Source of the DNA: Psilocybe cubensis
Taxonomy: Eukaryota
Assembly: GCA_017499595.2 (NCBI GenBank)
Contig: CM039003.1
Span: 2,542,001 to 2,606,000, forward strand
Direction: 5' to 3'
DNA length: 64,000 nucleotides
Position 1 is the first letter of the stretch. Each line of letters opens with the position of its first letter. The notes under the pieces were generated by a model. The model saw only the letters and a program-made list of their open reading frames with translations. It ran no database searches and was not told the DNA's origin. Below, piece by piece: positions 1 through 12,495 of this stretch. The position numbers and the translations under genes were made by a program.

Positions 1-756
1 TTCCAACTTGGGGCATGCTTTGACCCGGCGGCAAAGAATACGACTGTGTAATCAGCTTCCACTTGATTTCATGGATGATCGATGGTGATTGAGAGCAGGA
101 AAGTAGAAAAGAAGAACAGTTCAGTCAGACTTATATCACGAACAATTGAACAAATCTTACCGTATAAGTCTAGATAGGACAATATGCGCCTAAAGAGGTG
201 AATACAATTAGAGGTTAGAGTGGGCCTTATCAAGCGAGGCTGAATGCGTACGAAAGGAGTAGGTCGTATGACACAACTTGTGGATCTGGCAAAGCTGAGG
301 CGTTGAGGACAACCCTATAAGATATCCTCAGGTTCAGCACTGTGCTCGTCGTTTGTTGATTTGGAATAGACTGCTCCTACATTGGTCTTGTCCTGGCAAA
401 AATGTCTCAGCACCGTGAATCCCACCGATATCGCTTAAAAGGGACTGGACGCACTCGAAATCGACCCCTGCTTGGAATATCATCTTCGCCAACACTTCCT
501 GGACCATTCTCTTTTCCTCATCACCGTGAGAGTATCCTTCACGATACGTCGGTGTACCCCCCTGAGACTTCTTCATCCAGTTCGGAGTGACGTTGTTAAT
601 GAACATCTTCCGTTTCGTGTTTGGACTTGTGGGTGAACGCAAGTAGTCAAAAGCATCTCCATTCTTCGACTGATTAAAACCGGGAGACGATGGGGAAGAT
701 GGAGCAAGCGAAAGTGCCGCGAGACGTTGTTTCAGATTGAAGGAAGCAGGAGGCAT
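1..756 (-). CDS. BCH/CRAL-TRIO-domain Rho GTPase-activating protein (Cdc42GAP-like), 5' part; gene runs off the window start
   Basis: ATG at 756. Spliced exons read ...MIFQAGVDFE / TRPM / VVLNASALPDPQVVSYDLLLS / RILSYLDLY / VEADYTVVFFAAGSKHAPSW, typical of a BCH (divergent CRAL-TRIO) domain. The GAP domain is not in the window. Confidence 0.75.
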
Positions 757-1443
757 TATCGAGTGTTAGTATAGCCTACAGGAGGCGTCGGAGTCGTCTG
801 GCAGTTTTGTGGTTATTGTTGCGGGACAGCTTATTCGCAAGCCCACCGTCGTATGTTGGCTTTGCTGGCCGTCTGAGCGTGTGGTTTTCCAAGGTCGTAA
901 ATATCTTTCAATTCTGTGTGTCGCCGGGTATCCACATGGCTTGGGGCTTTTGCGGTGGATTTACAGATCACGTGTAGTAGTTCAAGAAATGAAAGTCGTG
1001 AACTCGACAGTCCGATTCTTGTTTCCGTACCACATCAGCGATGCAACCAATAATCTACGTTGTGAGGAGAGAGAACAAGGGGTTGCCATACGCAACAGCT
1101 CACCTACGGTCTTATTGCATAACGTGCAGCTTGCAAGCTGCCGCTCGTCGCGGGCAGCGATCAGGAACCAACCTGACGTTCCTGTCAAAAAACTCAAAAG
1201 CCTCTTTAAACGGCTTAGCTCGGTTCGTGAACAGGAACTTGGCAACAATACTCTGATTCTTTAAGCTCGCAGCTGTATAGGATATACAAGAATTTTACTC
1301 TGTGTGAGTCCTTGCTTACTTGCTGATATATCCATACCTCAACATATGCTTCAATAAATCAGGGTTGCCTACACTTTCTGAAAATGGATATTTATTCAAA
1401 TCTCTACGTCAATAGGTGGTGCTGTCCGTTGATTCTTTGCTGT

Positions 1444-2599
1444 CTACGATGCATCCGATATCATCGTAGACTCTGGTGAATTTGCGACTGCAAATTGAAG
1501 TGGGATGTCGCGATTTATCACGTCCTCCGCATTCTGCACCCTAAACTCTAGCGTTGGATTATGGTGCACTCTCCCATGAGAGATTCTAAACAGAATCAAA
1601 AACGGGGAAATGGTCTAGGCAGCAACATATTCACTTAGACGAGTTCCCTTTTATCAATCAAAAAGATTTTGCTCACGTATATCTGGGCCATCATCTGCAG
1701 GAGGATGAGGGCGGCATTCTCTTGAGCTTTGACCAGTACCAGCACAATCAAAACCAAATTGAATCCAACCACCAGCGCAGCGGATTCAATGCACATGGTT
1801 ATGATGCGCATATATCTCGATCCATGCTCTCGTCCCAATGCATCTTGGATGAACTGTCGATGATAGAGGAGGCGGCCCACAATTAGGCCAGTGATCGCAA
1901 CGTTAATGGCAAGTGTAATGCAGGCAAACATTGTCAAGGAGAGATCCGTTCTAGTAAATGGGAAAGTGTAGACTAGTCCAACAGCTGTGGTTCAAATTAT
2001 GTTGTTGGTGAGTACCACGTCCTTCAAAGTCAAAAAAGAATACTTACCGAGAGAAGACAACATCAAAGATGAGCAGAATGCGAGAAACACTATCCTGCGA
2101 AGAGTTGACATTCCGTTGTAAACAACTGTGCAACGCCAAATCTTAACATGGTTTCGAGTCAAATATGTCCATTTTCCTCATAAATCAAAGCACTGCTTAC
2201 CATGAACCCATCGGCGACCCAAATCACAAGGGTCACACAGCAATTCTCTACCAGCCGCATAGGAAAGCATTCACACGTCTTGCAGAGATTCTTGTTTAGC
2301 GACTGGGGAGAAAACGACAAAAAACTTGCGGTCGGGTATCGAAAGTTGAGCATCAGCGTTGATATCACCGCAACTGTACTAAGCATGAACATAAAGCACA
2401 TAAACGCCCATACAAAACGTCTCGTAGATTTTGAGGGACCAATAGCACCGGCTTTCTGATGGGACGGTTGAATGTAGCGAAGGCGTGTCGAAAGAACGAA
2501 AAGTACGCATAATATTGTATATGCGCAGAGCGACAGGGCAGAGCTGATTTTAGAGTATTGGGCAGCTTTAACTGCGTCGCCTTCCGACAGGATAATCAT
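1444..2599 (-). CDS. Putative 7-TM membrane protein of an agaricomycete-expanded family (copy 1), 4 exons
   Basis: Multiple hydrophobic helices; motifs WVADGFM|IWRC, CIESAAL, QIY|TISPFLILFRI; stop TAG at 1444-1446. Confidence 0.75.
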
Positions 2600-3428
2600 A
2601 ACTAAAGAAAGCGTTTAGGTGTTGCAGTTGGGAGTTCTTTCGATGTCCTCTGAGCGCCAAAGCCATTTAATGTTCAGGACTCTCGGTTATTCGGAAGCAA
2701 ACTCAAGCGAAACCTAAGGATGCGGATTGTGTGAAGGCGAGCCCATCGCACTCCGTTCCTAAAATTCTTATGATGACGGTCAAGTATAAGCAGCGATGCT
2801 ATTTCTGTATGTACTTCTAAAGGTGTTGTCGATGACTGACAATTTTGCCAGGTCAGAAGCACTTCATCTACTTAGAAGGGGTATCAGCTACCGGAGGTTT
2901 CTATTCGTTGGTTTCCCAGTCGGCTGGAAAGCAACGGCGTGCATCCTACAAGAAGGTGTATAGCAAAAGTTGGGTATTGATACAAACTCGGATGCCGATT
3001 CTAGCTTAAACCGGCATTCTGATTGAAGGACCTCTAAACTACCAACAAAGCATCAATATCAGGTCAACGACTTGAACTCCTCAATTTTAGGCATTCCAAC
3101 GTCTTCAATATCGTCACTGTTAGGCGCCGGGCCCAGAAGCGTTCCTTACGGCAGGTTAATCATGATTAAATCGATTTTAGACAGCATACTACGTTACTAG
3201 ACGTGTTGAAAATAATGCTTTAACTAGGCATCCAGGTGAGCTCGACTTACAGTTGAGGTATCGGTAAGTATAATACTACACATTGCACATATTGCTAATC
3301 GTTACCAAAACCAACTTCGTACTTGCTACCCGTTGTTTCCTGACTGGAAATGATACAGATTATCTTCAGTCCTTGGACATATAATCCGCAATTTTTTTGC
3401 GTAAAAGTCTCCCGGACATCCTCAGGGT

Positions 3429-4574
3429 TTAAACAGCTGTATCGTTATCGAGTGGCTCTGCTGTGATGAAATGCAAGCTATGAAGGTCGCGATCCACAAC
3501 ATCCTGCGCATCACGAGTTTTGAACGAGCTTGTATCCGTATGATGTACGCGATCGTACGCGACTTTGAATATGATCATCAATGGCGAGATGGCCTGGTGA
3601 AGGTACAAAAATTGTTTTAATTTGTCAGTACCACACCAATTATTGTCAATTAAAAATGCAATGGTGACTCACATATATTTGAACCATCAGCTCGACCAAC
3701 ATGAGAGAGGTGATATCGTTCTCCGAATGCAGGAGGACGAACACCACCAGGATGACGTTAAATGCAACTATCAGAGCAGCTGATTCGAAGAATAACACAG
3801 CGATCCGCATATATGGTGACCTATGCGCAGGTCCAAAAGTCTTTCGCAAGAAATACTGGTAGTATATCAGGCGTCCGGCAATAAGGGTTGTAGTAGATAC
3901 GTTCACAACTAGTGTGATAAGGGAGAACAATGTAAGAGAAAGGTCTGTTCTCTTAGAGGGAATTATGTACACCAAACCAATGGCTGAGAAACAATTCAGT
4001 TTAGATGTGAAATGTCCAGCCAAAAAAAGATAACTCACCTATTGAAGCCAATGCTAGAAGAGAGCAGAATGACATCAGCCCTATGCGGCGAGGTCTTGAA
4101 GTTGCTTTGTATAAAGTCATACAGCGCCATAGCTATGTGCTCCATTAATATATTTTTCCTTTGCACGAAGACGGCAGAGGGAAATAAGCTCACCATAAAT
4201 CCATCTGCAGCCCAAATGGAGGCTATCAAGCAGATATTTTCAAGCTGTCGTACTGGAGGGCACCAGCACACAGTGCATAAATTCTTGTTTATGGAGGGCG
4301 TAGAAAAAGATAGGAAATTGGACGCTGGATACTTGAAGTCAAGCACAAGAGTCGATACCAATGCAGCAGTGCTAATGGAGAAGAGAGTGACTGTATACGT
4401 AAGGAGAAAACGCCTCATATTTTGATAACCATCTTTTGGGAAGCGAAGGAGAAGATAGAGCGAGCATATAAAGAGAACCAGAACGACGCTATATGCCACA
4501 ATTACTAGAGAAGAGTTAATATGCGCGAAACGGATGGATTTTTGGAAATCATCGTGGTCGAATATGAGTTCCAT
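3429..4574 (-). CDS. Putative 7-TM membrane protein, tandem paralog (copy 2), 4 exons
   Basis: Motifs WAADGFM|LWRC, FFESAAL, QIY|AISPLMIIFKV; shares YPxxxFLSFSxxSxNKNLCxxCxCxPxRxxEN and intron positions with copy 1. Confidence 0.75.
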
Positions 4575-5270
4575 GGAGAAAAAATCACTTAAGCTGGCGA
4601 AGATGAAGTTGAGGCTAGCATGCTTTTTATCTGAAGGTATTTTTCAAGGACGACGAGAGCGGACGCTAGTTGACGCGACAGACACGGGTGTAGGGGTAGG
4701 AGAGTGACTCGATTGATTAATCGACTTCTTTGCTTCGGCGAGACGAACCTCGCGGCGCGACATCTTCCGAATAATCAACGAAAATCGCAAACGTGTGGTG
4801 AGTCCACTCAATCTAATAATAAAAATCGTGACAACTCGGTACACATTTAGTCAGCTTTGAAAAGAGACCTCGGTAAGATGCAGAAGGCCAAGAACGCTAG
4901 TGCAACTGACATTGGTTCATGTCAGATCATGTGCTGGTTAGTAATAAGGGAGATGATTGTTTTGGGAAAACGATGGGCGATATCGGACACGTTGAGAAAA
5001 GAACGGTGACTGTCGAGGACGATGGAACAAATTAAAGGAAAGGAGGATCCGGACCAGATAATCATGTATATGTCAAGTTTAGGTGTGCTCGGTCTAAATA
5101 GGCGCCCAACAAGATGTACCTGGATTCAAGATGGACATCTTGCTGAAGCAAGTCGATGGTCAACACACGATATTATCCAGATTTCAAAAAGGGTATTTAT
5201 GACCTGGAATAGACGTAGGTTGGGCAAAGAATATTGATAAGGAGTCGTCACATAATACCTATCGAGGTTT

Positions 5271-6799
5271 CTAACTCTTGGCCCTTCTTGATTTTCCAAG
5301 TCTTTTGGTGCCGCCTCCTCGGGACTTGCCGCCAAATCCTCCTCTCCCACCTTTGCTTCCGCCACGTCCTGCGCCTCCACCACCACGTCCGCCACGTCCG
5401 CCAAAGCCGCCTCGTCCTCTGCCCCGACCACGGCCGGGGCCAAAGTCGTCAGTTGACTCTCGAGTATTGGATTTCGAGTGCCGTGTAGCGCCTCCAAAGC
5501 CAAATTTGGAATCGCGGGCAGAACGAGACATAGATTTTCCGTTGGAGCCTTTGCCACGCTTGGCGGGGCGGTCGGCAATAGCATCTTCGACTGCAATGTC
5601 GAACTCATCGTCGTTAGCCCCAGGGTTGTCCAGAATATCTTTTCTCTCTGATTAAAAAAATGTATTAGTAAACGGTAATATATACCGCACAAATAAGACA
5701 CGCACTTCGTTTGAGCCCCTTAAGTTTCTCTTCCATCTCCTTCTTCGACTTCTCGCGTTCTTTGAGTTTTTCAACCTGTACTTGCTTGCCGAACTTCTTG
5801 CCTTCTCTCTCTTTACGCTTGTCCTCGCTCTTCTTGATTCCAGCAGACTCATTCAGTAGACGTTGACGAATGCGCTCCATATGAGAATCGCTTTTGATCA
5901 TCTCAGCGAAGTAGTCGGCTGGTCGAGTGAAAGGGAAATTGTGTTTTGCAGCCAGAGCACGAGCAGCGTTCGCACCATGAAGAGCCTGTTTGTAGCTGAA
6001 ATTTTTTAAAGATATTAATTCAAGTATCGAAAGTGGTGGAAATGTTAAAAAGGTACGTACAAAGCAAGTTCACGATTTAAGTCGTCGTTCACGTCTACGT
6101 CTATTGTTTGGGGATAGTTGAGCACAAGGGTCTCCGTCCATGGTAATGAAGGATCGAGCTGGATAGATTCGCGAATTTGGTCAAGAGCGACCTATACTTG
6201 ATGTTAGAATTCGAACGCGTTAGAAGAGAACAAAAACACACTTTATTGTCAATCTCAATTTTTTGACGAGGTACAACATCTTCGTCAAGGTCCTCATCTA
6301 TTTCATCCAAGGGAACAGCTTCTTCTTCTTCTTCGTCCTCACTGTTGCCTTCTTCTTCACCAGACAAAGCCTCGAGTTCTTCGGCGTCCACTTCCAAGTC
6401 TTCATCTTCATCATTGTCAGATCCCGACTCACCCTCCTCATCCCCTTCCTCTTCTGAAGTCCAATCTTCGTCCTCATCGTCGTCTTCGCCTTCAATACCC
6501 CCCGACAATGCCTCTAATTGGGCTTTTCCAAAGTCGTCCAAAGCATCATCTCCCAAGAGTTGCATCAACCGCGCCATTCCCTCCTCATCAACACCTTCAT
6601 CATCGTCATCATCATCGCTATCTTCTTCCTCCGATTCCTCGGGTTCTTCTACAGGTTCAGGCGCTGGTGGAGGTGGTGAAGGGGCCTTTTCCACAGCTTT
6701 TGACGTGGATTTTGGTGCTTTAACTTTCGCCTCTTTCTTGGCTTTGTCAGCTTTTGGGACCGTAGATTTTGACGGTTTGGCCTTTACGGTCGAAGGCAT
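5271..6799 (-). CDS. EBP2: rRNA-processing protein Ebp2
   Basis: Acidic N-terminus, DVNDDLNRELA, FTRPADYFAEMIKSDSHMERIR, KKFGKQVQVEKL, C-terminal RGG-rich segment ending KRLGKSRR. Confidence 0.93.
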
Positions 6800-7473
6800 T
6801 GCAGAAGATGAAGAAATTATCAAAGGGAATGTGCGTTTTTATATAAAAGTTTAAATAAAACTTGAAAGGAAAGTTCATTCGAAATTTTGAGAGCTTTGGT
6901 TTCAATTACGTGCAAACAATGATTCTTGCCTGTTATGGGAACTTTAACCCCTAAACTGTCCCTTCTCGACGTCATCAGCCATCCTTGGAAGGTTTGTCGA
7001 CAATGTTACGGAATATCATAGCACATTTCATACACCTTTTGGATCTATGTGTAGATATAATTCACTTACTTCAACCGAACTGCTCTACAAATGTAGTATT
7101 TTCCAACATATACTAGTACTACTTCATTGATATGTTACAATTGACTGCGCCTTAAAGGCAAGTAGTTGAATATAATTTTCTAATCCTTACAACGTACTTA
7201 CATATGTGAGGCGCATATGAGATTCAAGATGCTATAATGTGCGCAACGGTCGATAAATCATGCGGCAAATGGGTTTAAAATAAAAATATATACAGCTATG
7301 TATAGATACAGACACAGTAATGTTGCTTCCAAATTCATGAAGTGCCGAGGTCTAATTTATAAATTACATACAACAGAATAATGCAAGGGATGGGATGGAA
7401 ATAGAAAAGAGCTATAAAAGTACATCTACAAAGTGGGATAGTTAGCATAGGCTGGAGAGGATTTGGCCAGTGA

Positions 7474-8450
7474 TTAGACACGGAACACAGTAAGTACAGC
7501 GACGCGTCCATCTTGTGCTATGCCATGATTGACACCTTTTAAATAAATCGACGTTAGATTAGGAGGTAGTTGCAGATACTAAGCCAGTTTACATACCTTT
7601 CTTGCCTTCCTCAAGGAGATCGCTTCGCCATTCCACGTTAGCTTTCCACCAGAACCCCTTCCAGTGCCCGCCCGTCACTGCCCGTTCAACGAGCCAGTCA
7701 CGTCCTAAATTATATCCATTAGGGACGATGGTGTGGTGCTTGCTGGAATCGAGCTCCTTCGATGCACTATGGAATGTCAGACTTTAGCTCCGGTCGGCCC
7801 CAACCAATTCCGCTGACGTACCCAATAAACCATGCACCACTGTTTGCATCTGTTCCGTTCTGTTTCCAGGCTCTGAAATGATGTCCCCCTAGGAAACAAG
7901 ATAAACGGCGAGAGGGTCGCGAGTTTGCTCTTTAAATACCTGCTAGGCTCTCCCAACATGTCCCCCAGATTGGGAAATAATGTTGTCTTGCAATGAAAAG
8001 CTGGGTTTTCCAACCGTCTCCATCTCCGAGATGGGCGTTGTGAAGGGTACCAGCATGTAGACCTAGACATTCCTCAGAATATCCAAGGGACCTATAAAAT
8101 TTGAATCCCCGTTCGAGATCATTTATGATTCCACACACCTCGTATAGTATAGCATCCCTTCATCCGTCAGGACAAAAGGATCTGAGAGTCCCGAGATGAT
8201 GACATTCAGCGGTTCACCGTATTTCTTTGAAGTATACTATCCCTCTTTTCTTCAGTATAGAGCGATTCTTTGATTCAATACAACCCACGTCGAGGAACCG
8301 TCCACCCTTGAGACGTGGATCATACCAGCCCACCTCCGATCCCGTGTCGGCCTGAACACCGTTGAAAGCAACCTGTGAGGAACCGGCATAGAAATCGAGA
8401 GGTGAAGCTACCACTGAAGCCACCAGCCAGCAAAGGAGAAATACCGACAT
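7474..8450 (-). CDS. Conserved secreted protein of unknown function (LssY C-terminal-like motifs)
   Basis: Signal peptide MSVFLLCWLVASVVASP; exons give GEPLNVIISG, GTCWESLAGGHHFRAWKQNG...GAWFIG, NHGIAQDGRVAVLTV; stop TAA at 7474-7476. Confidence 0.7.
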
Positions 8451-8866
8451 CGCGCTGGTGGTGGTGGTGGTGATGGTGGTGGTGTAAGGACGAGGACTAA
8501 GGTAACTAATTCCAGTTGCGTTCTAATCATTTTCCGGCGTCACACTGTGGCTCCAAGCAGGTAGCTGCGGGACGGAGGACACCTGTTAAAAGCGGTGTCT
8601 ATTTTTGGACATCGCAAATTCGCATCAAACTTCTTTAAATCAGGTTCCCCGCTCTACTGTATAGACGTATAGTGGCTCGAGGGTCTGCAGAGGACCAAAA
8701 TTCTTTGCATCATAGTCACAAGCAAACGGTTGTTGTGATATAAAGACAACAATAAGCCGCTTCACTGACTTAAACAAAGAATTATTTGATTACATAATAC
8801 TGATACGTGTAGCCGACAGCGATCTTTGGCGAGATCTTAATTTCGGTTCTCAGTTAACACACAGCG

Positions 8867-11800
8867 ATGACTAGCAACGACCAACAACGACTAGCCTCAA
8901 CGACGGCCACGATGACCTCGACAATTCTACCACCTCCATCACCTACCGACTCACAGATCAGACGTTTCCCGCGAGAATCAGACGACGAGGACGCAGACAC
9001 GGCTTCGCAGAGGTCCATATCCCTGTCGTCTCCCCCTAGGTCGCGCCAGAACTCAATAATGAGCGATCCACGCCAGTCTTTCGCCACACAAAGCTCTGAT
9101 TCTCACCACTCGCATAGAGAGTCAAATCCCTTCTCTGAACAATTCAAGAACCTCGAAACTCCAGATTCTTCAGCGGCTCCTTCTGTGCTCTCGGAAGACG
9201 ATCATGATACGAGGGAGTTCAAACCCGTAACATATCCACCTAGCCCTCCAAATAGAGACGACGCCATTTCTGTATCTTCCTTCGCTTCCACTTCTTCGAG
9301 GAAAGCGCGCCCAGAATCCCTGTTGATTAACCCAACGACGGAGCCTTTGATTCTTGGTGTTGCTTTGGTGGATTTTAACCATCTTGTGTGTCCCATTTCT
9401 CGTTTCGTGTAACTTTTTACTGAACTTCACCAGGTCGGACCTCGTATCGAATACTCTATTGGTGACATTTTCGAGGACGACGAAGTTGCCAAAATTCTGC
9501 CCTTCCTCGCATTACCAGACGGCGCACATCTGGTGACTCTTCCCATTGTTTTTGCCCATTCCAGTTCTCATTGTAGTAGAGCTCGGAAGATTATTCTTAT
9601 TTCCACCTCGTCAAACCCGGCCTAAATCCAACCACAATTTTTGGTATCTCGTGAGTTTTTAGCATTATTGACATGACCTCTCCATGGTTACATTTTGATA
9701 GGTGCAATCAACAAATTTCTGCTGCGAGCCTTTTAGTCAAAGGCCCTGACGTGACACGCTCAACTGTCCAAAAAGCTGTTGTCGTATTGGCGTCAAAGCC
9801 TGTATTTGGACCAATACGAGAGAAATTGCGAGTGGTTACAACTGCCCTTTTCTTGCAGAGGTACAGCCGCCTTTGTTATTGTTAATACAGACATTTACTT
9901 ACACCCCCTAGGGATTTCCGAGATTCGAGCATTCTCGACGACTTTGCGGCTTCTTTGGAAAGATCGTTGCGCTCGCAGCTGACGGAGAGTGGGCTTTATA
10001 TGGGTACGTCCACACCAACCCATCAATATGACTGTAAGTTGACCAAGTTGTAGGCACGAGCATGTGAGTATCTCGGCTCTATATATCTGTACTTTATCTA
10101 ACCTCGGTCAAGACGCGACCTCGTGCATACATTCAGACAAAAGACTCTAATTCTCGTCAAAGCTCTCATGCTCCAAAAGAGAATTATGTTTTACGGATAC
10201 CCCGTCGAAAAACTATGCACATACCAGTACTCTCTGGTATCTCTGCTTCCTGGTACATAATATTTTCCATTCGCGGTCATATTCTGATTCCTTATAGGTC
10301 TCTTGCAGACCCTTGATGACTGCGGCTCGCCTCCTCTGGCGGCACGTGCACCCACTCTATCTCGTCCAACTTCACTTCGAACGTCGGACCACAAAAGTAT
10401 GATGGCTTATATGGGACTACCTCTCGATATTTTCGGCAAGGTTTGCTTGTTTCTTCCGTGTTTTGTGCGTTGCTGAGCCTTTTTCTCAATAGAATGCATT
10501 TTTCCAACCCTATCTACCCCTACAACAACTCGACATGATAAAAGATACCCCTAGTTGGCTATGCGGATGTACAAATTCTATCATCACACAACAACCTGAT
10601 ATAGATCTCCTTGTTAATGTATGCTACCTTTTTATTTATTTAAATTTGCTTGGCCCTGACCGAAGACGAATATCAGACCGATACAGGCGTTTTCGAGTTC
10701 CGGGACCCGAAGTTGGAACGCTCAGCTGGACTGACGCCAGCGGACAGAAAGTGGATGGACGACATCTTGACTGATGTCAATGAGAATTGGCGATCGGATG
10801 CTTTGTCGAATGCAACAGGAATGCAACAGTAATTATTATGTTTCAAGAGTGTGCGATAGTCCTTGTTTCTGATGTCCGGAATCCCAGGTTCAAAGGGAGC
10901 GACGATTATCTGCGAGCTAAGGTATGTTTTCTTTATTCTCGGTAATAAAAGTCGTGGATTCAAGTTTGTTTTTGTAGTTTGAAGAGTATATCTCAGCGGC
11001 GCTGTCATCTGTACGATACCGCGATTTTATCTCAAAGGGCGAGAACAATGGGGTTATGATTACGGGAGGAACGGGTAAGTGGTTTTCTCCTCACACTTGG
11101 TCGACTTTCTTATCGAGGGCTTAGGCGGGCACCCGAGTTCAACGGAAGATTTCAACCCTCTATGGATATCGGAATTTAAGAACACTAATGCTTATGAGGT
11201 GTGGGAACGCACAACAGACCCTTTGCTTTTCGATATTGTGGAACCACGGTAAGCAAACAGTTCTACTCGCGGTCAGAATTGTTCTGAACAACTTTGGCAA
11301 ATACAGACATCCGTGTAATGAAAAACCTTCTGTGGTTGCTGATATTGGGTTGCGCCTTCAAGAAGGCATTCAAGACCTAAAGCTCGAACAACAACTCGCT
11401 CCTGCTCGAGAAGCTGTGGCAAGAACCTTGACGGCCAGTTCGACGAGCTTTTTCAAAGCTGTTGAAGGTGTTCGAGGGCGGTGGAGTCAGCGGAATACTA
11501 GTCCTGCCCCGCCAACGCCGAATGAAGACGCTCTCAACAAATCGTCACGCGCCAGCACACCTCCTGTGGAAGTCTCAAAGGCGGACTTTGAAGACGTACC
11601 ACGGACTGCGATGCAGGCGGATTATACGCCTTCCAGCAGAACTTTGCGTCCATTCTCTTTGACAAGCACAAATTCTCTGCCCTCGGACTCGCCAGTGACG
11701 AGTCCTGTGAACGGTGCAGTGCCCAGTCCTCTGAAGCCGCTATCGGCGTGGAGCTCTGGCATTGGCTCGTTCTTATCTGCGAAGACTGCTAGGTTTTCGT

Positions 11801-12162
11801 TGGCGGGTGCGAAGACGCCCACGACGGCGCGTCCTGCGGAGTCAGCGTTCCCGCGCACTCCTCAGCCGCTACATGAAGAGTATGGAGAGCCGGAGGGGTC
11901 GCCGCTGTTCAATGGGATGAGCCCAGGTGTGAGCCCAACATCAGCCGAAGTAGTAGCTCCTCAAAGTATATCGAGTGTGCTGGAGTCGAGTGCATCAAGT
12001 CAGACAGTGGTTCCTTCGTCTTCATCTTCGTCGTGGTCTACCACTGGTGCTGGCACTGGGAACGGGAATGGCAGTACCAAGGCTGATGGGAAAGTTGAGG
12101 ACAAGGTCCCAGAGAAGCGTAACGCAGTCGGAGAGGATTCTTCGGTATTTACGGTTCTATAA
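8867..12162 (+). CDS. AVL9: Late secretory pathway protein Avl9 (DENN-like), many exons
   Basis: Motifs VDFNHL.GP, LPFLALPDGAH, RSTVQKAVVVLA, YQYSLVSLLPG, PYLPLQQLD, FKGSDDYLRAKFEEY. Confidence 0.9.
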
Positions 12163-12495
12163 AGCCTGTCGGGGTATGTAGTCAACCATTGCTCTTCGTG
12201 CCATACCTGTCATTTGGCATCTTTTGCGACTACAAGTCGCCGTATCATTACGCTCTTGTGTACTCTGAAGTACCCTGCCGTTGTGAGAGCGAACTCCTCA
12301 AGTCGAATAATTCTGAACCTAAGAACGTGCTTTCACGCTGGCGCTGTGTCACTCAGTTGGCAGTACGTAACGACAACGTAACGATCTATAAAAGTTTATG
12401 ATGCATTACGTGTACATGTTAATGTCTCCTTGCTTCTGACCTCAATCCAGCCTCAATCCTTCCTTAATTCAAGACGAGCCGTCGCGACATATATC

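Noticed and set aside
6345-6854. Ser-rich + strand ORF and similar antisense ORFs over EBP2, pol, RAD4 and the KEN-box gene
   Set aside because: Shadow frames of real genes on the opposite strand.
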